Positions 1 through 12,754 of a stretch of 64,000 nucleotides of DNA are shown here, in pieces. Below the pieces are notes generated by a model, which saw nothing but the letters and a program-made list of their open reading frames with translations, had not been told where the DNA came from and searched no databases. Position numbers and translations under genes: made by a program. The stretch comes from Takakia lepidozioides (taxonomy: Eukaryota; Plantae; Bryophyta). Each line of letters starts with the position of its first letter. Positions within the stretch are counted from its first letter, which is position 1. Location: NCBI GenBank assembly GCA_030704615.1, contig CM060731.1:86180001-86244000 (forward strand), given 5' to 3'.

Positions 1-622
1 GCCCCCCTTCCCAAACGTCAAAATGGCCAACATGAGTAGGAGTGGTGTCTGGCCGAATTCGAGCAAGACAAATGGCCTTGAACACATGGGTCTGCAGCAA
101 CACCAATGGTATACTGTTAGAAACGTTGTGAAGGGCAATTCCACGAAACAATAACACACAACAAAGCCCTGGTGAGTACCGTCTGCCCGGGAAACTCTAC
201 ATTAGATAGTGGCAGGGTGTTGACACGGGTCACAAGTACCCACCAATCATCGTGTAACGTGTTCAACAAGCGAGCGGTGGATGAACCGATACCTCTTTCT
301 CATCCACGGGGTATAGTTTGAAATCTGCCACCGAAGTCCATCCCCCGGATGGAAATTCGGCGCCGCATTTACATCGAAGGGGGGATGGACTTCGTCGTCT
401 CGAGTGGCTATAGGCCCACCTGGCACTTACTGCCCATAGTTTGCATGGCAGGGAAGGAAACTGAATCGGCTACATCCATGGATGAGCCAATCTTCATCCC
501 TGCAGGTTCCTGTCGGGGGGAAATTTAAATGTGCCCTGGAGTATTTGTGAGGAATTGCAGCGTTTGCTTGAATTTCTTCCAGCCACCGCGCTGCTACCTC
601 CTCCATCCGGGAGCTGCTGTCA

Positions 623-1231
623 TTGAGCGTACTGCGCTACTCTTTTTCAGGGATGCCGTGCCGCCAAAATCTTGCTGACTGCCCTTATCAGGGCCACGAT
701 TATGCTATATTCAAACCACAATCAGGAGACATCATTGTCTGGCTTTCACTTTTCACAGACGCATCTGGAATCAAGCGGGAGTCTTTGCGCGCAATGGAGT
801 ATCTGGAGGGCTATTACCGCTTTGAGCGAGGTGAGGGCGAGGGTCAATGCGGTCCGTGGGTCCTGAAAATTGTTGACCTCGATATACCAAGGTGGAATGG
901 GATGCCGGACAGATCACGCACGGCCTCACTTTGGCGCTGGAACTGCTGCCAGTGGACCAGGGAGGACGGCACCGGGGAAAACTATATTCGTGGAGTTCAC
1001 TCCGCTTTTCCAGTGTATGGAGACATTCGGCTGAGTTGCGAAGACGAATCGCACGGGCACAGGAGGCCCACAGTGACCTTGTCGATGTATGATGGTGATA
1101 TGATTGATGGGTATGACATTGTCGTCAGCTCCACCAAGGGCACCAGATCGACCGCATTGCAGTTTACCTCGAGATGCCGCATCAGTAATGAACTTGTTTT
1201 GAGGGCTATCGAAGTTCCGTCGACTTGGTGA
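623..1231 (+). CDS. Unidentified ORF, possibly the last exon of a second transposon cargo gene
   Basis: About 200 open codons of globular-looking composition, a plausible acceptor TTTTTCAG| at 650, and a position convergent with the MULE cargo next to the family palindromes. No recognisable motif. Confidence 0.3.
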   Translation: MSVLRYSFSGMPCRQNLADCPYQGHDYAIFKPQSGDIIVWLSLFTDASGIKRESLRAMEYLEGYYRFERGEGEGQCGPWVLKIVDLDIPRWNGMPDRSRTASLWRWNCCQWTREDGTGENYIRGVHSAFPVYGDIRLSCEDESHGHRRPTVTLSMYDGDMIDGYDIVVSSTKGTRSTALQFTSRCRISNELVLRAIEVPSTW

Positions 1232-1504
1232 CACCCATGTAGAAGGAGGAAGGGCTTAGATTTGTCTGGAGCTGCTAAATGTGAGACACCGTGTTCGATC
1301 AATAAAACAACCCATCGTACCTCACTTCTGTGTGCTTGTGTTTCATCGTGTTCAAGAACTGCCGTAATTGGCCCACTCTTTACAATTTGAGGTCTCATTT
1401 CTACAATGTGTCTGTCCATATGAATATACCAGAGTCAGCGATATCACAGTCCTGAGGTGAAGAAAATCCATGTATGAGTTGTAGGAAACATGTACACGCC
1501 GAAG

Positions 1505-2555
1505 CTTGGAAATTCGGCACCGCATTCCATTTTCTCCATGAAGCTTTTTCTGGCAGCTCCCTTTCCTCCGTTGTCGTCGTAACGGAAATGCTGTACAACA
1601 TTTCATTTCCTGACATGGCATTACCATACTTCGAATTTGAAATGCGGCGCCGCAACACCATATTCGACCTTGAACTATCCAAGCATGTCCAGTCGCTAAT
1701 GCTTGTCCATGTCCATACTTGAAATGCGGCACCGCATTTCCATGTCCGTCATCGAAATTTCGTACCGGACAATGAAATGCGGCACAACATTTCCTGAGAG
1801 CACAATGGAATGCGGTGCCGCATTTCCGTCGAAGGGTCTGGAATTAGACAAACAACGATGGAAGTTCTGGAAATGCGGCACCGCATTTCCATGTGTGTCA
1901 TCAAAATATCGAATCGGACAATGGAATGCGGTGCCGCATTTCCGTCCATCAAGACGGAATGCCCACACGGGTCTGGAATTGGACAAACAACGATGTCTGT
2001 TTTGGAAATGCGGCGCCGCATTTCCCATGTTGGGCAATTGAAAGTTTTTATAGGACAATGTAAGTTTTTATAGGACGATGGAATGCGGTGCCGCATTTCC
2101 ATCAAAGGGTCTGCAATTGGGCAAACAATGATGTCCCTTTTGGAAATGCGGCGCCGCATTTCCATGTACGTCATCGAAATTTCTTATTGGACAATGGAAT
2201 GCGGTGCCGCATTCCCGTCTAGCATCATGGAATTGGGAGCCCAAGAACGTCGATGGGTCTGCAGTTGGAAAAATGTCCATCTCCAAAAGGTAAATGCGGC
2301 ACCGCATTTCCATGTTCGACCTCCGCATTTCGATTTACATCCATGGAAGGAGCTGGCAATCGGCAAAACTGCCGTGTCGGAAACGGAAATGCGGCACCGC
2401 ATTTCCGTTTGTCCGAACAGTTTCTGATGTCCAAACCATGAAACGGAAATTTGTTCTTGCCCCGGTTTTGGAAATGCGGTGCCGCATTTCCAAAGGAGGT
2501 TTTTGCAGTTGCCACATTTCCGTTCAGACATTGAAATGCGGTGCCGCATTTCAGA
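1505..2555. repeat. Array of ~15 palindromes GAAATGCGG(C/T)(A/G)CCGCATTTC
   Basis: Seen at about 1509, 1639, 1721, 1774, 1808, 1870, 1924, 2005, 2080, 2143, 2196, 2292, 2386, 2471 and 2533. Single copies also at ~352, ~3860 and ~5120. Confidence 0.95.
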
Positions 2556-2690
2556 TTTTGGGAGGGACCTGGTTTGGACGATGTTGTCGTTTAGAAGCAC
2601 ATGGGAGAGGGGACATGAAGGACGGGGAGAATTCCATTTTATATACTCTGGAAATGAATTTAAATGTACAGAGAGTTCATTAAAATTGTA

Positions 2691-5600
2691 TTAATCTTGA
2701 AAATCATCACTACTGTCGGCCTGTTCTTGACTGTCCTGCTCCGCCTCCACCCCGTCATTGCCTTTCTCATCTCCAGCGGACTGGTCGTTGGCCAGGCTTT
2801 CGAAAATCCCATCTTCACCTTGCGGAACCGACCATCTGACCTCCGTTGGCTCGTCGTCCTCCCTGTCTGCATCGCTCTCATCCGCTGAATCACATATGAA
2901 CTTTCGCACCCGTCTACCTGCCTCAGCTGTTGCTAACTCTTTCCTTATCCTTCTGTCCTCCCTAGCCCTCTCCAAAATCTGCTCTACTTTACTGGGATTC
3001 TCACATCGTCTAATCGCTGTATTTGCGAGTTTAGCTGCATAACTAGGAAGGGAGTAGTCCTTCACCGGGCTCGTCATGAAGTCGGCCCTCGCAAAGAACG
3101 GGACATTCTTCCTGGCAAGAAGTGTAGGCCTTACATGTTTCGACCCGGATCCTCCAATCTTGCATATAACAATCACCATAGAGACCAATGAGAACCACAG
3201 TCCGGAAATGCGTTTGACAAAAAATCACCCAGAAGGCTTTGCAAACTTACAATGTTTGCACTCACTCGTATTCCGGGTTCTCCTCGGCATCAATGTCCAC
3301 TGTCTCTTCCTCTGACTCCGACGAATCCAAGGAGTCTTTGACTTTGATAGGAGCCTTCACATTCTGTTGCAGCCCTTTCAGATGGGATCCCCAGACGCCT
3401 GTGTCCTCCTCGTAGGCAAAGAGGTGCCGGTCGGAAAACCGCCCAGCCCACATTGAGGCACCTGTTACAATGCCATCCACACATTATGACATGGCCCTTC
3501 AGATGTTGCGAATGAAAGCATAACGAGAGTTTGCAGAAAAACATACAACAAGATTATGCATACCTGTCCCACAGATGAGGTCGAGCACTGTGCCCTCCAC
3601 GTCAGTGCATGTCTCCATAATTGTCTGAATGAAGGCAGGGCTCCGAGTGCGTGAATACCGCAGGGGTTCAGTTGAAGTGAGGCTATGAGGGAGAAGTTCC
3701 ATGGGAACGTTGTTCAACAGGACGTCGTAATAGACGGGGTCGCAGTTCGGGTCAACCAACAATCCCTCCTTCCGGAAAGCAAAGGTGGAGTTCTCCTTCA
3801 CAAAGTAGTATGCATCGAACTGCTTCGTCTGCATACACAGTGGGGAACGATTAGAAATCGAATGCGGCACCGCATTTCAAGACTCCTAAGAAAATGAAAG
3901 GACGAGTGCCAAGGTCGTAATTACCTTCTTCCCTTCCGACCGAAGGCCCAATGTGTTGATGCACGTCCACTTCTTCTTCAGAATTGGGACGGCGCTCTTG
4001 CGGGTCCACTTCGCAATTCCTGTCTGCGTGTTTTTACCTCTGCTCGCCAGGACAACCACACAGCCTCTGTCGTCCAACACCATGCAGGTGAGCCCGAATC
4101 CTTTCTTCCAAAAGTCCTCGGAGTACCTGTTCCAAGATGGCAAAGCTTGCAGTCCTTCCACAGGCTCTCCGTCTGGAATATCCAAGATGATCATATCGCA
4201 AGACCAATCGGTGGAATTTCCGCCCCTCCTGCAATCCTTGTCTGCACACACCCTCTCAAAGAACGAGACCATCTTCAGAAACCCGGGGTGTCGGAAGGCT
4301 CTTCGGCAGCCGCCTTCTTCAGTGCTCTGCCCTTCAGACCCTCCATGGTCTTCATGTATGCCAACTTGGCTGCCCGTCCATCCAAAGCCGCCAAGAAACT
4401 CTCATTCACACACTGGACTACTGTATCGGGATCCACTTTCGGCCTCTTCATTTCCATCGGCTCGAAAGGGTGCCCCCCCGGGGGGTTGAAGAGTGCCTTC
4501 TTTGCTGAGCCAGTTCTCGTCCATCTCGTGACAACGGTGGGCACAGGGGATTTCGGCTGCGTCTCGGGGGGTGGGCTGGTTGCAAAGTCTCCATCGGAGT
4601 CATCTTCCTCACCCTCTACCTGCACTATCTGTTTTTGCTTCTTCGTTTTCTTGGTGTCACAACTGCTGCTCCTTGCTGGCGAGTCCGCTTCTTCGACCCC
4701 TTCAGTTGAGCCTGCACAGCTGCATCCACCGTTTTCTGTGTCATCTCAGCTGCCTTTCTGGATTGTTCCAGAGCAGCAGCTTCCTTTGCCGACTCTGGCC
4801 GAGGAGGGACACGTCTTTCCTTTCTCTTCTCTTCTGCTTTCGCGTGCAGATCTTTCTCAAAGTCGTCAACAATTCCGCCAGACATGTCCAGGTACCACGG
4901 GCATCCAACCTGATGCGCGACATGCCATTGTTTCTGCAGCTCGGGTGTGTAGACACAGCTTGGGCCCGCCACGGTCCAAGCCATGAAGAACGGGGGCTCT
5001 TGAGCCAGGGCCCCTGTCTGAAGAAGCACGTATTTCATATACCTACAGGGCAGTCAGCATGCGTGAGCAAAAGTTGAGACCAACGTACTCGCAGAGTGCA
5101 ACCAAAAACATAAAATGCGAATGCGGTGCCGCATTTCCCAGACAAACCTCATTACCAGGCTTTGCATACAAGGACAGCTAGGCTTCACCTGTAAACAATT
5201 CGCATTGCAGCTTTTCCCGCTCCCTCCTGATGTGTAAACTCCACGCTTCTTCTTGATGTCTGTAGCTCCCTGGCGAAGAGGTTGTCCTTGTAAGCACATC
5301 TGAAACGTGTCACGTAGTCTTCCAATGTCTGTGTTCCATCCCATTTGACGTACAAGCCGAACGAATTTGTATGCATTACGACTTGCTCCTTCGCATTCGT
5401 CATTACCTGCAATTCCCACATGCATTGTCACGTAGCAGTTCAGGGAATTCATTTCAGAAAAGCAACTCTGGGGAAGTACCTTGAATTACCTGGAACCACC
5501 AAGTCATGCGGTTGAGCCACACATCCACTGCAGGGTCGGAAACTTCAAGTGGAAAAGACCACATTGTCCTAATACTCTCCGATGCATTCCAGATCGACAG

Positions 5601-5830
5601 CCACCGTGTCTGCCATTTCCGCTCCAATGTCAGGAGCAGGAAGAAGAGTGGCTATTGCTAGGAAGGAACTTCAGTGAATTGAAACATCACCTTCTCTTTC
5701 GCTTCAACACATGCCGTTGAGAGGTGATGCAGTTTCTCCAACTGCATGGTCGGCTGCATGGCTCGAGAATAGTGTTTTGCAATCTCGGGGATGAAGTCCT
5801 TTCCAAGTGCCGGATCTGCAATGGCCACCA
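2691..5830 (-). pseudogene. MULE cargo gene copy A: 5'-truncated ParB-MTase fusion (middle region and N6/N4-MTase exons)
   Basis: Exons include 5406-5189, 5042-3925 (frameshifted), 3828-3564 and 3461-3262, with GT/AG borders. Motifs DMIILDIPDG, WTCINTL, RSPAFIQTIMETC, VLDLICGTG|ASMWAG..DRHLFAYEED align with copy B. Homology to copy C stops abruptly at ~5830. Confidence 0.85.
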
Positions 5831-6439
5831 AGGTTAGCGACGCAAAGTCTTCTAAGGACTTCCAAGCAGTGTCGGTTGAGTTTCAGAGTGCTCAAATTTT
5901 TTCTCAAGAACGTGAAAACGTCCATACTCCTTTTGTGTCTCAAGCAGTTCTGCCCTCCAGGTAAAGCACACCCTCTCCACCCAATGGGTAAGCTCCTTGT
6001 ACCTCTTTTGAAAGTCTTAGGACTGTGTTGTATGTTTCTATTCTGATTACTTAAGCACTAGGCTTTGTGTGAAGGAAACATATTGCAGCAATCTCTAGCT
6101 TTTTTAACTAAGATATGCATAAAGAATCTGTGGCACGTTGGCATGTTACACTGTCTTGCTAGAAGGTAGTGCAGTGCACATAGGGGTCATTTACCCGAGG
6201 TTAGCTATTTCATGAGCATGAGCGGCATGAGCGGAGTAGTAAGACAATTGGTTTTCATGAGCAGAAGTACAAATTTCGAAAATAAAAAACAATAAAAAAC
6301 AATAAAAACATTAATTTAATGCAATGTGTCAGGAAAAAAAACAAATATATTATTCGGCCCCTTGAAGGGAAAATTGTAGTTTTGACAGTTGTGCTCATGA
6401 TATTTCGTCTTCCGCTCATGCCAATTCCCAGCGACATGT

Positions 6440-6835
6440 GCAAATATGGCGCCGAATTTCGCGGTAATAGGTCTCTCTGGCGAAAAATGGTGCCGAATTC
6501 CGCGGCTATAGGTCCCCTCATGATAGGTAATTCGGTGCCATTTTTCCAGTGCATGTTCGGACTTAGCCAGTTTTCGGCGCAAAATAGGGAAATTCGGCGC
6601 CATTTTTCCAGACACTGTACCAGTGCATGTTGGGACTTAGCCAGTTTTCGGCCCAAAAAAGAGAAATTCGGCGCCATTTTTCCAGACACGGTACCAGTGC
6701 ATGTTGGGACTTAGCCAGTTTTCGGCCCAAAAAAGAGAAATTCGGCGCCATTTTCCCAGACACAGGTACTAGTGCATGTTGGGACTTAGCCAGTTTTCGG
6801 CCCCAAAAAGAGAAATTCGGCGCCATTTTTCCAAA
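6440..6835. repeat. Subterminal repeats: ~4 x 74-bp units containing GAAATTCGGCGCCATTTT
   Basis: (C/T)AGTGCATGTT recurs at ~6548, 6621, 6695 and 6770; inverted copies of the motif at 6440-6545. Confidence 0.9.
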
Positions 6836-6989
6836 AATGGCCCCACAACTGCTTCTGTTGGATCTCAGTTTGAATGGAATATTGCCTCATTCCAGGAGTT
6901 TTGGGGTGCATTTCATTACACTGCAAAAAAAAATCTGATACAGCAAAATGCAATTGAAAATATCCATATGGAGGATTCCCTTTGCCCCA

Positions 6990-9900
6990 TCAATGATTTC
7001 TGGAATCCCTAAGGAGGAGTTTGTGCAGCTCGTTCACGCTCAACGCCGGTGCATGAATAAAGTCATCAATAGTCACGTTCATCCTCAACCTCTTTAGGTA
7101 AATGTAATACAGATGCTTGCACGGATAATACTTCGAACCCTTCTTTGCTTCCATCAACGAGAAGTCCGTACAATTGCAAGTCGGCTCCACTCCAATCGTA
7201 ATTGTGTATACATCGTCGCGTACAGCCGAGCCGGCCATTGCCATCCGATACACACGCCCAAGGCCGGGTGGGGGTACGTCCACGGAGCTCTGAATAGTGC
7301 AAGCCATCCCAAGAGCATTGGCAATCCGAGTCTCATTCAACTTGTTGGGAGGGTGTCGTCTCTTCACTCTTCTGAATCGCATTGTGGGATGTGCAGAATT
7401 GTCCAATCCGTCTCTACTGGACCGAACAGTCTGCAATGGCTGGGTCTGAGGAACCAGAAATGCGTGGGCCGGGATGTCTGTGCGTTGCACCATTCAAAAT
7501 CCTGCTGCAGATAGAGCATCCGCCTCATTCTGAGAGAGGCTGCAACCCGGTGCAACAGGCCAGACGCCCGAAGGCTCCGGCATTCCCTGAATCCCGTACT
7601 TGGGCTTGCCAAATACACAGGTCATTATGTCGTGCCTATAGAACCAAAATGTCTGCGTTGTGGCGTGAGCAAATGTGAGAGTCAAAAATCTGCCGCTGAA
7701 ACAAGGTACAGGTACAGCACCGTGTGGGTTCCTCCGAATCATCTCACCACAGCGTGCTCTCGTATCCACCCGGATGGCGCAGCACTTCCCTCGAAATGCC
7801 GGCAATGTCCTCGCAATTCTCCACTGTGACTCCGACACTCTTGTCTCCACAATGGGAATGTTGTACTGCTTTACTACAGATGGCTCGTTATGTTGCCGGG
7901 GCACGCGCCCTGTGCTCAAAGGAGATGGCGATCTTGAACGTGCAGGACTTGCGGTGCTCGACGAGACCTCCTCGGGCAACATCACCGGACCACGAGGGAG
8001 CGTGCGAATATTCTAGTCAGCTCGCCATGAATCCTCTTCTCCGCCAGGTGCCTCGTCAAGTCTTCGTCTCACTGGACGGGTATGAACATCTCCTTCCAAA
8101 TGTTGGCCTCTTCGCAGCAATGGCGTGTCCCAAAGGCCCTCTCGCAAGGCCGCCGCCCACTTCCGAGGATTCTTCGATCTAGAGGCAGTCCGCATCAGCA
8201 TTTTCTGCCTGTCCGGCCCCAAGCCCCACTGTTTCCCTTTCAAGAACTCGTTGTACCTGCATTGCTGCATAATTGACCTCACAATGTCCTCCGTTGTGGC
8301 AGTGAGGATGTCCACCAGATGCGCCGCAGAGGAGGCACGCCAGGAAGAGTGCACTGATTCGGCCATGTTTGTCGTGGGCATGTCGGTGTCGGAGTCGAGA
8401 CACATTTCCTGCACAAGCACATGTTGAGGTTACAAGCAAGTTACAAATATGGCCAAGAATAATATTCAACGGGACGCGAATTCGTGCAACTCACCTCCCG
8501 CATATAGTCGCCGAACTGGAGGAAACGATAATGCCACTATGCTAGCCAACTGACCATTGCTCCCTCGTCTGATTTCCTTACAACACTTGACGATGTCCAC
8601 CAAGCCCGTATACATGCAAACTGTGTCTCTGCATCATCCAAGGTGGGAGCGCGCTTCCACACAAGGCACATGGAACGGTGCTCCTCTCTGAAATCTGGCG
8701 CCACGAGCCTGGTTGTGTACTGCGAAAGGCTTTGCAGAAAATGGAACCCACAAGATCTCTCCTTGCCTTCCATGGGAACATTGGGGTCTTGCCCGTACAC
8801 CCTTCGGATGGCAGCCCAATTTGCTTGTGCGTTGTCCGCCATGAAACCACGAAAATTGGGAGGGGGCAATCCCGCCTTGGCCATCTGTTCGTTTATTTCC
8901 TGCCAAAGAAGCATCTCCGATTGTGTGTCCTCTCCTTTCATCTCACAAATAGCAATTGTCATTAGCATCCTGCAGTGGGTGTCGTAGACATGTGCACCCA
9001 TTGTCACCCACTGGTGATTTGTAATTCGCTTGATATGGTCGAACATGACCCAACTGTTTGACAAGTCCCCACTCGTCATCCTGTCGACCAGTTCAACGCC
9101 GCTGCCAGGTCCACACGTGGACATTTTGAATGCGAAACAACGATCTGCCTCAGTCCCTTGTCCTGGAAGCCTACTTCCATGAATGTAGTCATATCCACAT
9201 CGTCGCTTCACCTCTAGAATGGAGTGCATATCCGAGCCACGCCCAATTTTCTGTTTGCATGAGACAATGTGGTTTCGGACATTCGGTGAACATACGTGGG
9301 ACACCGACTCCAGCAATGCCTCCATTTCCTTCTCATCGAGAGGAACTCTATCGGAGCCGTCTTCCGACATAATTCTGGCCAATGCCATCTTATGGGCGGC
9401 TTGGAGCTGTATCTGTTTGGGTTTGGCACCCGGTCTCAACTTAACCTCCTCCTGAACGAGCTGCTCTGCTTCGTGGGCAGCCTCCCGCGAGTTCCCCCTC
9501 GCCAATTTGTGACAATGGGAACCAACGTGTATGCAAGCTCGGGTGAGGTCAGGGAAACGGTGCAACACATAGAACTGCTTGGCATTACAATCAGACATGC
9601 AGTGTGGTGGTTCTTTGCAATGCGCACACTTAAATGTGGAGTTCGGAACCTTCTCCTGAGCTCGAAATGGTTGATGAGCTGTGCCTGTCCAATCGGTCTC
9701 GTTCCTGTGACCTCTGGATTTAAAGTGGAAGCAAGTTGGGGAGAAACACCGCAACGCGCCCGCACAAACAACGTAGCGCACCCGCACACCATCGAGCATC
9801 TTCATGCTGGTGGTTTTGGTAACGCACCAAGGATGACCGTCATGTTTTCTATCCATATCTGTCAACATTCCGGACGCCCTCGAGTAGTCCGCCCGAGGAG

Positions 9901-10246
9901 GGAACACAAAGAAGATATTACCGGCGACGTCGGCGGGAAGGCATGTAACCAATTTAATTGCGAACTTGCTGTAGTCCAGCCCGGCCAGCTCCGACCGGTG
10001 TCCCTCCAGGTGCAGCCCTCGCAGAATTTCAAGAATAGATCGAACTGCGGTGCTCGTGCTGGGAATATGACTCCCTCCTCCACTGACGTCCATTGAGGAC
10101 TTGCCTGATCTCCAGGACGACCTCGGAACTTCCATGACCTCGTCTGAGTCGGACAGGTTGTGAACAACCCGGTTCTCGGTCGTCTTCATGGATGGGTTCG
10201 GCTCTGGATTTACTTCGTTGCGGACTTCTCTCTTTGAGGTAGCCAC
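6990..10246 (-). pseudogene. MULE transposase (GCM-like Zn domain, DDE core, SWIM), disrupted
   Basis: DGHPWC..T, CAGALRC, CAHC, GSHCH; MFDHIKR, FMADNAQ, CGFHF, NMAESVH; SWIM CNCTDF...CKHLY. Intron 8494-8409, TGG>TAG stop at 8537, frameshifts near 8010 and 7495. Confidence 0.9.
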
Positions 10247-11119
10247 TCTCTGATTCGCGGTTCCCTAGGAGCCCTCCTCTGGATCTTTGATGAATGGCGG
10301 CGTCTTGGTAGAACAAGGAAGTCTCTCTCCCCCCTTTATAAACCCTACCTTATGAGACAAAACTCTTTTTTGCTCTTGTGCCTGGCAAGACTTTGCTTTG
10401 GTTAAGGTAGCAGTGTTGTGGTGTTGGCGGGGACCTCCCTGCACGGTTGGGTTTGTGGAGAGATGACGACCATCCCCCAAACAGTAAAAAAGGTTTTCTT
10501 TTTTTATGTTTGTCTTGCTTCCCTGCTTTCTCTGTACTTAGATTCAAGTGTATTTGACCTCGATAGCAAGTGTGGAAGCTTGCCATTCACCTCGTGCATC
10601 CTCACTAACTCACAATGCTTTGTGGTTGTTCTACGGGCACATGTGAGGGCTTCCACTTAATATGCTGAATTCTAGGTGCTGCAGGATGCCGAGTGGATTG
10701 CAGAGTTGTGGAGGTGGTTGCTGGCCATGGATTCATCTTAAAATGTGGAAAAACTAAACTACTCTATGGTTTTTCTTTATCCTACCTCTTTGATTCATCT
10801 TTGAAGAACAATATGGTGCTATTTATGGTGGGCAATCTCTTCCAAGCAAACGGAAGGCCCTTGTTTGCTGCAACAACCGAGCCTATGGTGGTTTGTGTAG
10901 GACACACATCTGATTTTTGGGCCTTTGCCTACCATATGCTAAGTTAAACATCATACATGGGGGCTGCAATGTGCGATTTACTGCAGCCACGTGGGCAGGT
11001 CCGTGATGGTTAAAAGCCCCTGTTGTGTTTAAACCTGGCTGGTCTTTCATAAGCTGCATGCTTAGGCCATGATAGGGTGGAGGTTATGCTTTGGGTGGAG
11101 GTTATGCTGAAGTATCTTC

Positions 11120-11920
11120 CCACTCTCTCCCTCTCTTTTGTGTTGCTCACAAAAAAAACAAACCAGAGAGGGAGAGAGGGGGTAGATAAATTTAAAAATA
11201 GAGAGGGAGAGGGAGACAAAAAAGAAGCAAAAGATAGGGAGAGAGTGGGAGAGAGGGAGAGGGACAGAGGGAGAGAGAGGGGCAGAGAGAGGGAGAGAGG
11301 GGGCAACAAACCAAAAAAAAAAGGTGGGGGGGGGAAGTGACTGAGCAGCAACAACAAACCAGCGAAGGAGAGAGGGGGCACAAAAAGTTAAAAAGAGAGA
11401 GGGAGAGGGACAGAGACAAAAGAGAGGGAGAAAGTGTGAGAGAGAGGGAGAGGGACAGAGAGAGGGGGAGAGAGGGAGAGAGGGAGAGAGGGGGCAACAA
11501 GGGGAAAAAAAAAGGTGGGGGGGGGGGAAGTGACTTAGCAGCAGCAGCTGCTCAGTCACTCCCCCTGATTTCTCCCTCTCTCTCCCTCTCTCCCTCTCCC
11601 TCTATAACTCTTTGGATTTCATATGGCTTTAACTTTTTGATGATGGTTATGTGGTTTTTCATCCCAATTTTTTTTTCATCCAAAACTAGATGAAATTATT
11701 GTAGGATGGTGACCCTTACTGTCCAGAAATTTTGGTTTATCTGAGCAACAGCAGCAGCAGCTCAGTCACTCACATTTTTTTTTTCTTTTTTTCTTTTTTT
11801 TTGGTTTCCTGATCTCTCCCCCTCTCTCCCTCTCTCTCCCTCTCTTTTGTGCTGCTCACAAAAATAAACAAACCAGAGAGGGAGAGAGGGGGCAGAAAAA
11901 GTAAAAAGGAGAGAGGGAAG
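11120..11920. repeat. GA-rich low-complexity repeat with GTGACTGAGCAGC..GCTGCTCAGTCAC hairpin motif
   Basis: (GAGAGG)n runs and internal duplications; a related block at 29690-29915. Confidence 0.8.
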
Positions 11921-12754
11921 ATGAACTTGTCTTGTCAGGACAAGTAGCAGGAAAATACCAGTCAGTGAAAGCTGGATTTTTTTGAGAATTAAAATGACAA
12001 ATCAACCTCCTGAAGAGGCACCATCATCTCTTTACCAAATCTGCAAGAAACATCATAGGGTGGGAGGGTGGGGTATTGGATAAGATACCCCTTTCACAAT
12101 AGTAATATATTCCCCTAAATATTGAATACAAAAGCATTCATCACATTAAAATGGGCAATGCATTGAATAAACCAATTCACAACTGGTTTTCATGTCCATT
12201 TTTTTATAAAAAAATTAGGAGTAACTATAACATCATTGTTACCTGATGTCAGTTACTATTCAACTGCAGCTTGATCTGAATCAACTGGGTATAAATGTGT
12301 AATATTGTAGCTTTTTGTTTCATTGTTTGGCCCTGTTTTCATACCAGAAGTTTCTGGTGTAGCATTCTTAAGCCATTGAAACAGCCATCAACATATGTGC
12401 CTTCATCATTAACGTTATGACAGAGGCTGCATTTCATAGTATGGTTTGATTACAGCTATCACCATGATACTCGTTCCCAAATTAAACATCAACCAAGCAC
12501 TTTAAATGTAGTTTATCCTGGTATGCCAATAGGATTCTCTGGCGTGTTTATGTTATGGGGTGACATTCCAAGTCCCCTAGAATCAAAATCTCAAGCACCT
12601 AAACCAGAAGCCCTAGGCAGAGCTCATCCTGGTGTGCAAGCAGTATTCTCTGGGGTTTTCTTTAATTTATATGCTATGGATTGACCCTCTGAGTCCATCA
12701 GAGTCATACTCTTAAGCATTTGAATCATTCACTTTTTCATGTACTCTTAACCAC

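Larger units (their letters stand above)
6197..10600 (-). mobile_element. Truncated MULE (transposase half only); one terminus at 6197
   Basis: GAGGTTAGCTATTTCATGAGC at 6197 aligns position-for-position with both ends of element B and is followed by CATGAGC repeats. The transposase points toward this end, as in B. The other end and a TSD were not found; the right boundary is approximate. Confidence 0.6.

Noticed and set aside
1352-2700. Many overlapping ORFs with MRRRIS/KCGTAF repeats
   Set aside because: They are translations of the palindrome array.
2691-10246. Single element joining cargo A and the 7-10 kb transposase
   Set aside because: A terminus at 6197 and the cargo truncation at ~5830 separate them, and their orientation differs from element B.
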